A stretch of 64,000 nt of DNA from Takakia lepidozioides. Lineage: Eukaryota > Plantae > Bryophyta. Position numbers and translations under genes: made by a program. Below, piece after piece: positions 35,797-48,668 of the stretch (its first letter is position 1; every line of letters begins with the position of its first letter). Where the stretch lies: contig CM060732.1 of assembly GCA_030704615.1 (NCBI GenBank), positions 51,398,001 through 51,462,000 of the forward strand, given 5' to 3'. Below the pieces are notes generated by a model, which worked only from the letters and a program-made list of their open reading frames with translations, did not search any database and had not been told where the DNA came from.

Positions 35797-36390
35797 TCAA
35801 ATGTTCTCCTCCTCCTCGTCAGCCTGGAAAGCCCAATTCAGCATGTCAATTCTTTCTTCTGAGACACCGATCTTCAAAAGTGCCTTGCAAAACTCCCTGA
35901 AAGCCTCACTACGGGAGAGTGCGGGTCTCAACGATTTCCTCACTCCGTCGAACCTGTCGTGGATTACCTGGCGAAGTGCCAGCACTTCCAGCCCTTTTTC
36001 CCACGCTTCCTGATACAGTACAGTTTGTTTGCGCTCTTCTGAGAGGAAAGGGTACAAACATGTTCTGGAGAATAAGATTACAGCGGCCTGTATGTAGTTA
36101 CCCGCGGCCACGGAATGACCCAGCGCATCCACCTTACTCTCTGCAGAGACACCGATCTTTGAAACTGCCGCACAGAACTCCATGAAAGCTTCGCTTCGGG
36201 AGACTGCAGGTATCAACGATTCCCTTACTCCCTTGAACCTGTCGTGGATTTCCTTGCGAAGCGCCAGCACTTCCATCCCTCTTTCCCACGCTTCGTGACA
36301 CAGTACAATTTGTCTGCGATCCTCTGAAATGTAACAGCCGGTTCCAAGTAGACGGTTGCAAGCAGCCACAAGATGACCCTGCGCATCCAT
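35797..36390 (-). CDS. Hypothetical 197-aa protein made of two homologous helical repeats
   Basis: Intact ORF; repeats EAWERGMEVLALRKEIHDRFKGVRESLIPAVSRSEAFMEFC and EAWEKGLEVLALRQVIHDRFDGVRKSLRPALSRSEAFREFC stay in frame with conservative substitutions. Confidence 0.65.
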   Translation of the reverse strand: MDAQGHLVAACNRLLGTGCYISEDRRQIVLCHEAWERGMEVLALRKEIHDRFKGVRESLIPAVSRSEAFMEFCAAVSKIGVSAESKVDALGHSVAAGNYIQAAVILFSRTCLYPFLSEERKQTVLYQEAWEKGLEVLALRQVIHDRFDGVRKSLRPALSRSEAFREFCKALLKIGVSEERIDMLNWAFQADEEEENI

Positions 36391-38184
36391 GTTGCTGTCG
36401 AATTAGCGCCCCAAACGAACGAAGGTATCTGATCACTGAGGCGTTGAGTGAAAAGGAATGGAGCCGAGACGGAGCCCCAGCACACCGGTTCCAAGCCCCC
36501 GATAATGCTGTGACAGGAGGATGAGATGAGAGACCGCTCTACCTACTCCCAACTCGAGATCGTAAATCTGTTCTCGCCTCACACAAAACTTCACCAGTAG
36601 AATGCGAAGAGCGCACAACACAAGTATCGTGCGGAGCGAGAGAAATCCTCGAGCTGTAATAGACAGCGTGCAGAACAAGACGCGGGTGCGCGTGAAGAGC
36701 AGATCGCTAATGTAAACGCGAGGACGGCTTTATTTGGACGGATTGTATACGGAACGAAAAGTGCGCCTCAAAGAGAGCGCTCCTTCCCTCCTCCGTCCAC
36801 GATTCTCGACCACGATTCTCGAGCATTCTTTTGACCTCACAATAGCATATTCATTTGGAGCCACAAAGGTAACATTACAAAGTAGGAGGATCCTTATATT
36901 AGCCTTGGTTGGAGGAAGCATTCTTGGATCCTCAGCGGAGACCTTGAGGTTTGAAGATCCGAAGTGCCTCGCAGCCTACCGATCTGGTTGAGGCCCATCG
37001 TGTTAGGGACACTTGATGTATCCTGAAGTAGTCATTGGTTTTCTCTACCTGTCCCATGGGCCCTCGTGCCGTCATGAAGCCGCTTTCATCAATTCAAATC
37101 TGCATTTCTGTAATTGGCAGCACGCCAAAGCAGCTCGTTGACGCTCGGGTTTACGCTCGACTATCCTTCTATCCCTAGAAACACAGCATTACTTATTCGC
37201 ATGATGCACTCAATTGTTCTTTCATCTGTGTAAGGTTCTCTACACAGAAGTACCTGTCTTCTACAAACGTTCTTAAGATGGAAATTATAGATCAGAAATT
37301 GTGCGGCGACCAGGCTCGACAACCTGGAATCGACGATCAGACACCGTGCGTGCAACATTACCCTGCGCGTTCACTTTCTCGCCAAATTCCCATGCAAACG
37401 TGGACGATCCGAAAGATGACCAGTACATGTCAGTCTAACTTGAACGACACGATCATGTGCACCAAGCTTGGATTATAAAGTTAGCGGAGGAAAGTTTGTT
37501 GATGTAGTACTTAAGTACTGCTCAGGGTATGTTCTTGGTCACGGAAACAACACGCTGCCGATCGAAATCATGTACACTGCAAAGTTGAAGCTCAAAATCT
37601 GCATGATGCAATTTGTGTGTTCTTGAGTGCACGCCGTGGAGGTAAGCCCCTAGAACTCTTTACATGAAAATTGTGCAGATCCAAAGGCAAGGCTAGTCTC
37701 ACCTCCATGAGTGATGGCACAGTCCGTCGATGGATGCTTGTGATGTCATGTGATGCAGATATGATATATTTAAAGGTAACTTCGTGTTTCAAAAATGTTC
37801 GAGTTCATAAGACGTTGTTTGCCGTAGTGTGTTTACTTAGCAAGTTAGTGCAGCTCCACTGTCCGGCGACAAGACTGGCTCTAGCTCAGAGTACTTATCT
37901 TACTTGAAATTCGCAATCCAGAACAATTTTGGCAATTTTGGCTTCAGAGTTGTCGGCAACAAAAGCCAAGTTCTGTAATTGCACAATGTTCACTTTGCGA
38001 TCTAGTACTTGAGAGAGGAGGAGCCTTACGCTGCGTAAGGCGCCATCCTCAGAATCCTGCCCCGTGAGGTCCCATCCTCTAATAAGAAATCCTGGCCCGG
38101 TCTTTACATGTGGAAGAGGGGTTATTTTTCCCAGACAGGGCCCGCATTGTGAGCTGGTGGCCCCAGGTTTCCGAGTCTTTATAT

Positions 38185-40400
38185 TTCTTTTCTTTTTTTT
38201 CTTTTTTTCTTAAAACAGGGGTCGGTGGCCCTGGAAACTTTATTATATGCTTATTGAAGGGAATAGTTTCTCATGTTTGAAGGGTCTACAAAAGGATGGT
38301 AGATATTTGGGTAAATTGGCTTTGACCCAAACCTTTCTTTGCATCACAATAAAAGTATGAGGGTTGGACATGACGAAACAGACTTCTTCTTTTTTTCTTT
38401 TTTCTTTTTTAAATGAAAGGGGACGGGGCCTGAAAAACTTTACTTAATAAGGAGTCAAAATTGAGGACAGAAAGGAGGAAAAAATAACCTCCATTGGGCC
38501 GTAAAGGCGTAACAAGGCGAAACAGACTTCTAACAAGCCGCTGGTCGCGTAATTGGTCCACCCTAATTACAAAACTGAAATGCTATCCTGATTTTATTGA
38601 AATAAAAAATATAATTATTTAAAAAATAAGTTGGAACTTTCATCATTGATAGAACTTAATAAATAAATAAATATGAAATTTAGAATCAGAATAATTTATG
38701 TTTTCACGTTTTTACCTCGATATAATAATAATAAATTATATATATATGTTATTTTAATTTTTAATTTTTAACAGGGGACAGGCCCTGGTAGAGACTTTAT
38801 TGGAATTAAATGCAAGATTTGAAAAGGACATCAACTGGAAGCATATGAAACCCTCCTCGACGACTTCCAAGTTGCACTACAAATAGATCGCAATCTCCAT
38901 CGTGGAGAAGATCAATGAACTATCTACTCTCATTGCCACTCCTCCCCTGCCATTCTAGAGAGTCTTAGAAAGTCCATCAGGACACTCCTCTCTCCTAAGC
39001 TTCGCTTCAGGTCTAGGGCAGTGTGCCCAGTTTTTTGGTCCCATGGATTAGCCCGCTCAGTGGTTGTTTAGTTCATAGGAACAATCTATGCTCTTTTGCA
39101 TTTAATGTAGAGTTAGATAGGAGTTATTTTCGTATCTTGGACTCCATCTCTGTTCAGAGAGGCTGGCTCGAACTACACTGTGATCACAGTGGGTATACCT
39201 CATGGTGTAAAGGGTTTTTAATTTTTTTCCCCATCAAATAATTGATAATAAATATATCAGGGATATAACCCCCTGTTCCTTAAAATAAAAATAAATAAAT
39301 AAAAATAAAAATAAATGCAAGAAATAAATGTGAAAGATAAAATTGAATGTGGAATTGGAATCAGTGTTTTTTTTTCAAATTTGGAAAATAACAGGAGTGG
39401 CTACTGACTTTTGCAGGAAATAGCCATATTTACTGTTCATCCACTGAAATTTCGACAGAATCATCCTCCTCTATACTTCATCCATGTATATCATCCATAT
39501 TAGGTGAATTCATCCTTTGAGAATTTTGACGATTTCTAACGACGGAACAAAAAGTGCGAAATTTTGCCAAAAATAAAAACACAACACATCGGTTGGTAGC
39601 TCAGCTAGTAAGTGCAGAGTGTGTCACCCTGGTGGTTTGGGGTTCATACCCGCTGCACTGCCCCGTGTGTGGGATTGTTCGAGACGGTAGGTCTGGCTAT
39701 TGATCGTCCTGTAGGTCTCATGGCCCATAAATGAAAGGGGGTTAATTTTTTTATTTTTATTTTTATTTTTAACAGGGGCATTGTCCCTGGAAATTTACTA
39801 CAAAAAATAGGGGAAAAAATAAAACCCCTCAATAACACCATGAGGCACACACACCGTAGTCAGTGAAGGGGGATCCGGGCCTGCACTTAGAAGTGTAGAA
39901 ATAGTTTTAAGACCGAAAAAAGCTTCTCCTAACCACACCAAAAGTGCTCATAACCATTAAAGCTATCTTGTTCTAAGCATCGATTATCGAGAAGCTAATC
40001 TATGATCAGAGCATACTTAACGAAAATTGAGCCTGGAGGTCGTGGCAGGGTTTTTGACATGTTTCCAATTCACATCTCTCTCAAACTCTGGCGATGCCGT
40101 GGAGTGGAGCTCGGAGGTTTCTCCAGCGTTGAGGGGGGAGAGGGTTCCAAATGCAGAGATCCTGCTCGTCGCTTTGACAAATGATGCCATGGCAGGCCCA
40201 TGATGCTCTAAAGGTGGCATGGATTGAGGGCACCTGCCTGGGGGCCTTTTCGTAGTCTGATTCTTGGGCGAGTTGACCTCCAAGGAAGCGGGTGTTGGGG
40301 AAGTTGGGGCAGTAGTAGGGATGGTGAAGGAGCTGATTGCAGCTTCCACCTCCTGAAGAGAGGGCAGAAGATTGACCAAGCCGGGGGGGTTGGTCGCAGT
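38185..40400. mobile_element. Cluster of 5'-truncated LINE 3' ends in both orientations
   Basis: At least five occurrences of a CAGGG-N-CCCCTGTT-type hairpin next to an A-rich tail (38185-38245, ~38390-38450, ~38750-38800, ~39255-39310 on +, 39745-39800). ~38815-39310 (+) and 39745-~40100 (-) are homologous (FEKDINWKHMK vs FERDVNWKHVK). Confidence 0.6.
39591..39745 (+). mobile_element. tRNA-derived SINE
   Basis: A box TAGCTCAGCTAG and B box GGTTCATACCC at tRNA-like spacing; no intact cloverleaf; ~75-bp unrelated body follows. Confidence 0.6.
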
Positions 40401-40915
40401 CGGGTAGATGCACGGTTAAGCGGACCAAAAGCGGCAGATGCCAATCCACGGGAGTCCACGAAACTGTGGAAAAGGTGGGCCCTACACGCACTTGTCGCAG
40501 CGGCATTGGCCCGATTAAAAAATTTAACTCAAAATGAGTTCCCGCGCGCTGCAGGATGACGGGTTGAGAACCGCCGGCTTGCGGTTTCAACCAATCGTGT
40601 CCAATAGGAGTGGCCTGCGTGACCGGCGCCGCCGCCTGCCCTGGCCAGATGTATTCGCGCCTCCTCTGTTTGTTCGTGCACCTGACTTCCCCACACTTCT
40701 GCGCAAAGATCTGTGCTATCTGTGAAGATAGGGATGTTGCTGATTGCATATGAAATGATAGACCAGATTTTTCAAAGCCCCGATGCTCATGTGCAGTTGC
40801 AGAGATAAGATAAAGTTAGCTTCAGTACTATTGTAAGAGTGTACACTGCACGTCGCATGATCGTTGCTTGGTTATATAGTGTATTTGAGTTGGACATTAT
40901 TGGGCAGAGAGGAAT

Positions 40916-42480
40916 ATGTCTACAAATACCGCAATGCGGAGTGGCCATTCTTCTGAGAAGGCATTCATCTTAAGTGCAGGTCAACAGTCTGGTGAGAAAG
41001 CAGCGATAAAACGACTAGTGAAGGTAGAGCCATGTATTAAGATACAGACTCAGTACGCTGCACCTGTGCATGCAACACCGCCTGACATTATTTTTGATGA
41101 AAAGAGTGTGAGTCGTGAGCTGTTTGCAAAGAAGTACGGTCTGTGCAATGAAGGCATCCCTCCGAGAGGTTTGAAGGTAGATAGGGATTGTACAGAGGAC
41201 GAAGTTTACAAACTCTTTGGACCTTTAGTGAATAAAAACGGGTATAGCTACTTATACAATCCGGATGACGTAGAGCTTATAACGAGGTTTGAGGAACTAT
41301 ACATGATAACCCACCAAAGGCGAGTTGTGCCAGCTTCTCGTCTTGCTAACAAAGCGATAGTTTGAGGTATTGTCTATGAGAGGAAAAACAGGAAAGTGAA
41401 TTGGGCTATGTTTGCAGAGATTACAAACTAGGAGGCATTGCGCAAAATACAGACCCAAGAGGCACTTGGAGCCAGAAATCGTAGCTTGTCTCTGGGTGAA
41501 CCATTGGAGGAAGGCAACATTGAGCCTGCAGAGCTTCCACCACTATCAACCGTCCATGCAACAAAGGATAGAGCCACTCCATTTCAGTTGAGACCAGACG
41601 TCCCTTCCAAAATGGAAGACTTCGTCAGAGGGAATGTCGAGGGCACTGAGCAATGGCGAGATCTTTTGTCTTCTTTGGAACACAGAGCTAAAACTGTCCT
41701 GGGAGTCTCTTGAAAGGTTCAAAATGGCAAGAGAGAAGTCTCAAGAAGATTTGATCAGAGTCAACTCTAAAATGCAAGATCATCAAGAGTTACTTGCGAA
41801 TGCAAACTTGAAGCTCGACTTGCTACTTAAGGAGCATGAGGCTGAAACCCTGAAGACGAGCGCATTTCCTTGTACTGACAGTGAGACAGAAGAACAAGTT
41901 TCGTGTCGTAGTACGGTGGAAAACCTGCATCGAAGGATTGAGTCCCAGAAGGGTATAGTTGAACACTTCAAGGAACTCATGGGGGAGCGGGAAACCGAGC
42001 ATGTTAGCATCTTGGAGAGGGCCCAGTTAGATGAAGAAGCGTGGTGTACAGCTGATGCTCGCTACCAAGTTTGCCAGAGACAGAGAGCGGCCGTTGCTCA
42101 TCAGCTTCATGCTATGGAGCGTGGCCACAATCGGCCTTCATTCAAACCCTCCCCAGTGTCGAATCTCATTGTTCAATCTCTTGACTTGAAAACTTCAGAA
42201 TTTCTAACGATTTCGAGTTGTGTTTTCTGTGGTAAAGGGTTTCAGTCTGTATGGGACTGTATGGTGGTTTCGTGCACTCATGCGTACCACGCATGGTGTG
42301 CTGTAGCTCATTTCTCCTCATCAACGACCTGTTTACACATAGATTGCGGGCAGGAGATGCATAATGATTGGTGGACGAGTGTTGGCATCAAGAAACCATC
42401 AACTCGAACCTGTGATGCAGTTCATGCTGCTGGCCATTCGGAATATGAAACTCCCAACAAACATGAGGAGCAGGGCAAAG
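40916..42480 (+). pseudogene. TE-associated-type protein: VNWA-motif domain, coiled coil, C-terminal RING-like finger; disrupted
   Basis: In-frame stops at ~41363 and ~41430, frameshift near 41700; CVFC...SCTHAYHAWC...CLHIDC RING-H2-like spacing; donor-like site after ~42473. Confidence 0.6.
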
Positions 42481-45400
42481 CGTTCAAAGGCAAGCCCAAA
42501 ACCATCCTTATTCATTTCACTCCATTTTCTATGCCTTTGTACAGAGCCCAGAATCTTCGCTCGTTTTCTCGAGATAAGTCCCATCGTCTTCCTTAACAAT
42601 ATGGGGTTCCAATGATGTAGTCTTTGGCTCCAAGGCTCTGCATCCATATGCACCCCATTTGTCCAATGTCATCCATAGAATCAATTGGAATTTCACCATA
42701 GTACTTGAGCTCCCCAATGTTACACATGTAGTGTTCAATGCATGACAGATGGAGTCCTTTGTCAACCCTTCACTTCATTTTGTTTCCTGAAATGCACATG
42801 TTCTCTCCATGTCTCTTCTATCAGTCTTCCCACGTATTCACTACACTCCCTGTCAATACTTCACTCCATTTTGTTTCCTCGAATTCACATGATTTGTCCA
42901 TGACCATGGTGCTAGTCTTTCCAAATATTCACTTCACTTCACTCTCCACCCTTGTTTTCCATTCATTTCCTGGAATGCACTCTGTTTGTCCATGTCATTG
43001 TCTGAAGTTTCCATAGTATGGATTAACTCCATGTTCATCCAGGGTTGTCATCTCTTACTTCTTAGAGAGTCCACAAGTTGCCTAGGAGAGTCCATTCTTA
43101 CTCCATATATGTTCACTAGAATATATATTTGGAATCCATGGCTACTATCTATTCATATGTCATGAACTGACACCTTCTCACTACATTGTGATGTCATGAC
43201 TGTTGGGTGGGAGTGTAAGTAAAAAATAAAGGGCCTGCAACTCATGTCAATTCATCCAGTCAGTCCACCATTTATCCCAGGCTGCAGCGGAAGAGAAAAC
43301 CTGGAAACAAATGACGATTCGTAATTAAGAGTTTCCTAGACATATTGCTTGTCTTCTCTTATCGATGATCCCCGGAGGGTAACCAAATGCCATTGAGCTT
43401 GACTTCTTCACTCGCTTTGATCCCTTGTCTTTGCACCTTTCACCGGTCGCGCTATGCTTGTCGTGATGCTCACTTTAGACCCTGTAATGTTCTTGCCTTG
43501 CTCACATATTAACACATGTATCTGACTTGGCTTTGCAGAGAAGTGCATGGAGGAACTATTCCACTACATGCTGGCAGCAGTTCATCATTCTTAGTACACC
43601 ACCTGTATCATATATGCTCACTAAGCCTGCAGCTTGACATCTTTTGTAACATGAATCAGATGCTTAGATGCCTGAGAATTGGGCTTCACAAATACTTTCT
43701 ACCATCCCAACCCCATCTCTATGTTAGAGTCATTCTACTTCACCCTCAAGCTCCACTAGTGCTCACACCAGAATCGTCGTAATCCCCATGCTTTACTGAA
43801 AAGAAACCTCCACTAGTGCCAAAATCTCCAGAGATGACTATCCGCCACCACTTGTTTTATACTTCTCCTGATCATAACTTTGGTATCTATCTACGCCGCC
43901 ACTTCACGTGATCGTTTAATCTCTAGACCCCACACTTAATTAATTGCAACTTCAGGCCTAAAGATTTAGTGGCCACCGGGTATTATCCCCCTCTGTTCCA
44001 CTGGCCTGGTTGTTTTGCTAAATATATCTTAAAGCAACGTGTACCTCTTTCTATCCATCCTTTGTCCTAGCTAATATTATTGTGGCTGCTCTACTCACTA
44101 AATCACCGTTCAGTCTTTTGTCTTAGGCCTGCAGTGTCAGTCCTCGTGATGAAGAATCTAGCCTGTCATCCTGCCAGCTCGTCATCCATCCACTAATACC
44201 AATTGGCTATCTCATCCCTGTTTTTCCATCCAACTTTCTCACTGTCCATCCGTTGATGATAATTTGTCAACTTCATCCTGTTAACTCCAATGATAAATCA
44301 CTTTTTCATCTCCCACTTCATAACCCAAGCATACCTTTTGTCTGCTTCTTGCACGCCTTCCGTGTTCTCTTCACCACCTTGATTCGACCTACAGGAGCAG
44401 CCCCAACCCGCACTTCAATATCAGTTTCACACAAGAGCCGTATTTCTCGCGTGCATTCCCGTGTTGGAGCATCTTTGCTTAGCCCATCCGTGGCTAGCAT
44501 TGACATGGCTGCCACATTGAAGCAACCAGAGGCTAATGGGCTGCATGAGGTGACCTCTCCAAATTCTAAGCTATACAATCACAAGGCACAGTTGGAAGTT
44601 GGTCTACATCATCACATGGAACAACATACAGGACTCGACACTGTTCTGAAAGCAGATGTTGTGGCTACGATCACCCCTGGTACATCCCAATAGAAAATGG
44701 TAAAGAAACAATTGAGCATGGCTGACAATGACTTGCAGAATTTGGACACTACTGACCCCTACTCTCATTCTGATACCAGCAATGGTATTGCGGCCCTGGA
44801 TGTTGCTTGCAAGATGATGCATTATCCCCAACACCTGTGTTGAGAAAGTCCAACAAACGGGTTGCCATTGAAAACCATGAGGGACTTTCCCCTAAAAAGA
44901 AGCCTAGAAAACCTATTGTTCCTGTGAATCAACGTCGGTCTACAGCAAAGAACACCAGGGTTGCAAGATTGAAGACACGACAGACGCACAAATAGTCAAC
45001 CCTGGTGAGGTATGCAGCTCATATTCCCAGCTATTTGGTATTTGCATTATGTTCAGATTGTTATGGTAGCACACCGTAATCTTTACCAATCTGCAGGATG
45101 CTATTCTATGAAACAAAGTAGCTACATAGATCATGAATGTACCCAGACACTCACATATTTCTAGAACCACATCTACAGGCGCATAACCTGCTTCCTTCAT
45201 CTGGCAGACAATCTTCTCAGCTCAGCAGGGACTTATTCAATTTTGCAATGCTGATTGTCATGGGAGCACGCTCTAATCTGTCCCAATCTGTAGGATGCTA
45301 CTCTATGAGTATATCGATGTGAGCAGTATGGAGCAGTGGCTGCATGGACATATGGCATAGTCTAGTACAGTGACACTGGAGCACAGTCTGAGCTGTCTGA

Positions 45401-45769
45401 GGTGAAGTTTTGATTATTGCACAAGTTTTGTTGTGAGTTCAATAGAAAGTGACGTTGTAATCATTTGTACTAGGCTAAGCTCACCCTTGATTCCGAATCA
45501 TGCCCCTGGGTAAGTATACAGAAGCCTTTGTTGAATGAATGCCAAATGTCTTCCCAAGTTAGGAAGTATGGCGGAGGTATGTGCTGCTGCAGAAATGTGT
45601 CTATAAAATGTTAAGTGCTATTGTGGCCTTAAGATATCAACAGCAGTGAAGAGAAACGCACCAAATTGTCCACCACCTGTCCGTAGGTAGCCTCTCTTGT
45701 GTCAGCTCTGCCAGGCAACACCAAATGTTTTATTATATCAATACCATTTCCTCAAAACTTTGCTAGTCA

Positions 45770-48039
45770 GCTACATCTTGGAGAGCCACCACCATTGCCT
45801 CAAGAGTGAATGACTCAGGTAGTGCGAAATTTGTTTTAATGATGCCCAATGAGGCTGTCCTTCCACCCTATGTCAGGCTACCCATTGATGAGGAAGGTAA
45901 CTACTTCACCATCAGGCTTATTGAGGATACATCATCACAAGCATGCTTCAACTGTGGAAAGTTGGGCCACATCAAAGCACAATGCAAAGCACAGAAAAGG
46001 AGAAGATCCGGTGTCAAAAACCATCATACAACCCCCCAATTGGCCAACAGGTATGATGCAAACACACCACCAAGACAGTCTACAAGCTTTGTAAGGAGGG
46101 AACAGCCAAAGATCGCCTCTCCCCAACTGATCTGTTGCAGATGCATGGACTTGCCGAGGAGGAAGCAACACAGCCCAAAAGCAATAGCCCCTTACTCAGA
46201 GTAAACAAAAAACTAAGACAATATGATAATCCTATGCGAGCGGAAGCATCACCAAAAAAAGCTTCTTGGAATTCCAAAGGGAAATGGATCCCAATGCAGA
46301 ATGCAGTGCCTTCTCCAACTCCACCTCTGGCGGACACAGGTATCCTCCCCAACGTGCCTCCGACAAAAACCACAATCCTCACTGGGATTGCCAGCCACTC
46401 GGCAATTGCCAAAATTTTCAGAGGTATCAAATCCTTCCCACACCTCGCTCTCCATTGCTCCGCTACAATCAACACCGATGACATCCCCAAGGCCTCATGC
46501 ATAACCCCGTTAGTGTTTAGGAAAGGACCCCCACAGTCCCTTCTTGTCACAGAATCGGCATGGGAGGATTTTGCATCCTTGTGGATTACAGTTCAGGACG
46601 TTCACAACTTCATTGCCAATTGTCCACCCAGCACCTGCCCAGAAAATATACTCAGAAAGAAAATTCAGGACTTCTTGCTTGCTTTCCTACCGCACTATCA
46701 CCTGGCAGGGACCACAAAAGTATTCTGGGACTCCTTTTTGGAAAACTTCCCTGGGCTCAGTTGCAATCCAGCAGTGCATATCCTCGCATTGTTAAAGCTG
46801 ACATTTACCTCAACCCGCCACCCACGGGGGCAATCTGGGTCAAGCAAAGCATCCTGGCAGAGCCAAGAGGGGCCACCAGACTCAAACCCAGATTCAGAGA
46901 CACACTCGCAAACACATTCTCCATTCTTGAGGCCATCATGGAAGCAATATTTGATGAAGAAAACCACAGAGGAGACCTGCAAAGAACAAGAGACCACCTG
47001 TATGGTGCACAAGTGCAGTCCACATCCTCCTCATCGAGTGTTTTGGCAAGTTCGGACTGCCAAAGGAGGTCATGCAGGATCCGGAGCTATCTGCCAACGC
47101 AATTCAGGGACTCACTAGTCAGCCCCAGCTTTCTTCAGACACTTCTCCACAAGAAGGATCAACCCAGGGACACACGCACCACCATCTGGCCCATCGTCGG
47201 AGGAGCAATGTAACACACTGGGCCAGGTTTTTCTTCTTCCCGCTCCCTGTCTCATCTTCTACCTAGACAGACTCAATTCCAAAAGATGTTGGTTGCTTTG
47301 TTGCAAGGGCGTTAAACAGGCTTGCAGGAAAATCTCGACAATTTCTTTTCCTGTAACGCTAGCTTTACTGTACACACATGTCTCTAGACCTGATTTTCCC
47401 ATACCACAACTTCAGCTACATCCACCCACAGAATCCCTATAGAAAGCAGGCCGTCTTATTTCTATCTTAGCTCTCCAGCCACACCAAGGCCAATTTACTG
47501 CCACAACCCCGCCAAACCATATTTATATTGTCATCATGGTGATGATCAAAAAACAAACCCCCAAGCCTCCCACTGGTTTTCAATGGGTCAATACCCTGCT
47601 CCCCACAGACAAAAGGGTCAAATTCTATTTTGATCATCCTGGACCATCAAATGAGAGTAATGCTCTAGCCCTAGAAGTCCCCCTTCATGTTAATTAACCT
47701 TGACTCTTGGAATATTCGTGGTCTGGGCCAGAGGCCAGACTCCCTTAAAAGAGTCAGGCTTCGATCTTGGCTCAGCCCACTTGTGGCCCAAAACTCTATT
47801 TCTATGGAAAGTTGAAACCCACGTCGGTGGGCTCTAGGGGAGGTACTGCCCTCCTCCTATCTCCCTCCATCCACGCTCTCATGGTCTCAGAAGATTTATG
47901 GATCCCAAGGAGAGCTCAATTTTGTGCTATCAACCTCCCAAACAATGCAGGCTCCATAGGAATAGTAAACATCTACGCCCCCAACTCAACTGTGGATAGG
48001 ACTGAATTCTTGTCTAGGTTTTTTTCAAACACATTTTAA
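45770..48039 (+). mobile_element. L1-type LINE fragment: ORF1 zinc knuckle and start of ORF2 AP-endonuclease
   Basis: CFNCGKLGHIKAQC at ~45943-45985; SWNIRGL at ~47705; GSRGGTALLL and IVNIYAPN; truncated at ~48020. Confidence 0.85.
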
Positions 48040-48668
48040 AACAAGACATTTTTGTCAATTACACTAATGGACTACATGGGTTACACGTGGATCCTCATAA
48101 GATGGTTGTACGATTGACATGTTACTTTGTGGCGGCGCCTTCATAAGACAATATAAAGTAAGTGATAAAGTAACTGAACATTTTGTTATGGGCGTCTTAA
48201 TCAATTTATTGGTTTTGGAGTCAATTGTCGTTACAAATACTTGTACTCATTACTCATACATGGGTAATCAAAGAACAAATCAACATACATGTCATGGGAT
48301 TTGATTGTAAATAAATTGTGCCGTCTAGTTTGTCAGTTCATAGTTGGACGATTAATCAACGATTGGTAGTATATTATAATTGGAAACATGCAGAGCATTT
48401 ATGTTTCATATGCTCATAAGAAGAAGGCAGTACATTGGATTCTAAGATCTCAACAACGGCGCCGTCGTCTTAAAAACAGGGGATAGTCCATTTAGTTGTT
48501 TCTGTCAGAGAGTAATATGGATGGAGCACATGTCTCAAGAAAATTGGACCTTCTGGATTGATGATACATAGAAGTAATGTAAGCCATTTAATGTATTTGC
48601 ATAAGGTCTTGCAAGACGTGCGCTTTCGTTAATTCTTGAGGGCATTGCCAAATGTCTGCACCAAAATG

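Noticed and set aside
39591-39670. Functional tRNA gene
   Set aside because: A and B boxes are present, but acceptor and anticodon stems do not pair properly; better read as a SINE head.
46135-47213. 327-aa and 217-aa ORFs as host genes
   Set aside because: They lie between the L1 ORF1 knuckle and the endonuclease start and are most simply the frameshifted ORF1 C-terminal region.
48050-48668. Possible decayed MULE-type transposase fragment
   Set aside because: Only a faint CQFIVGRL-like resemblance in heavily interrupted frames; not supportable.
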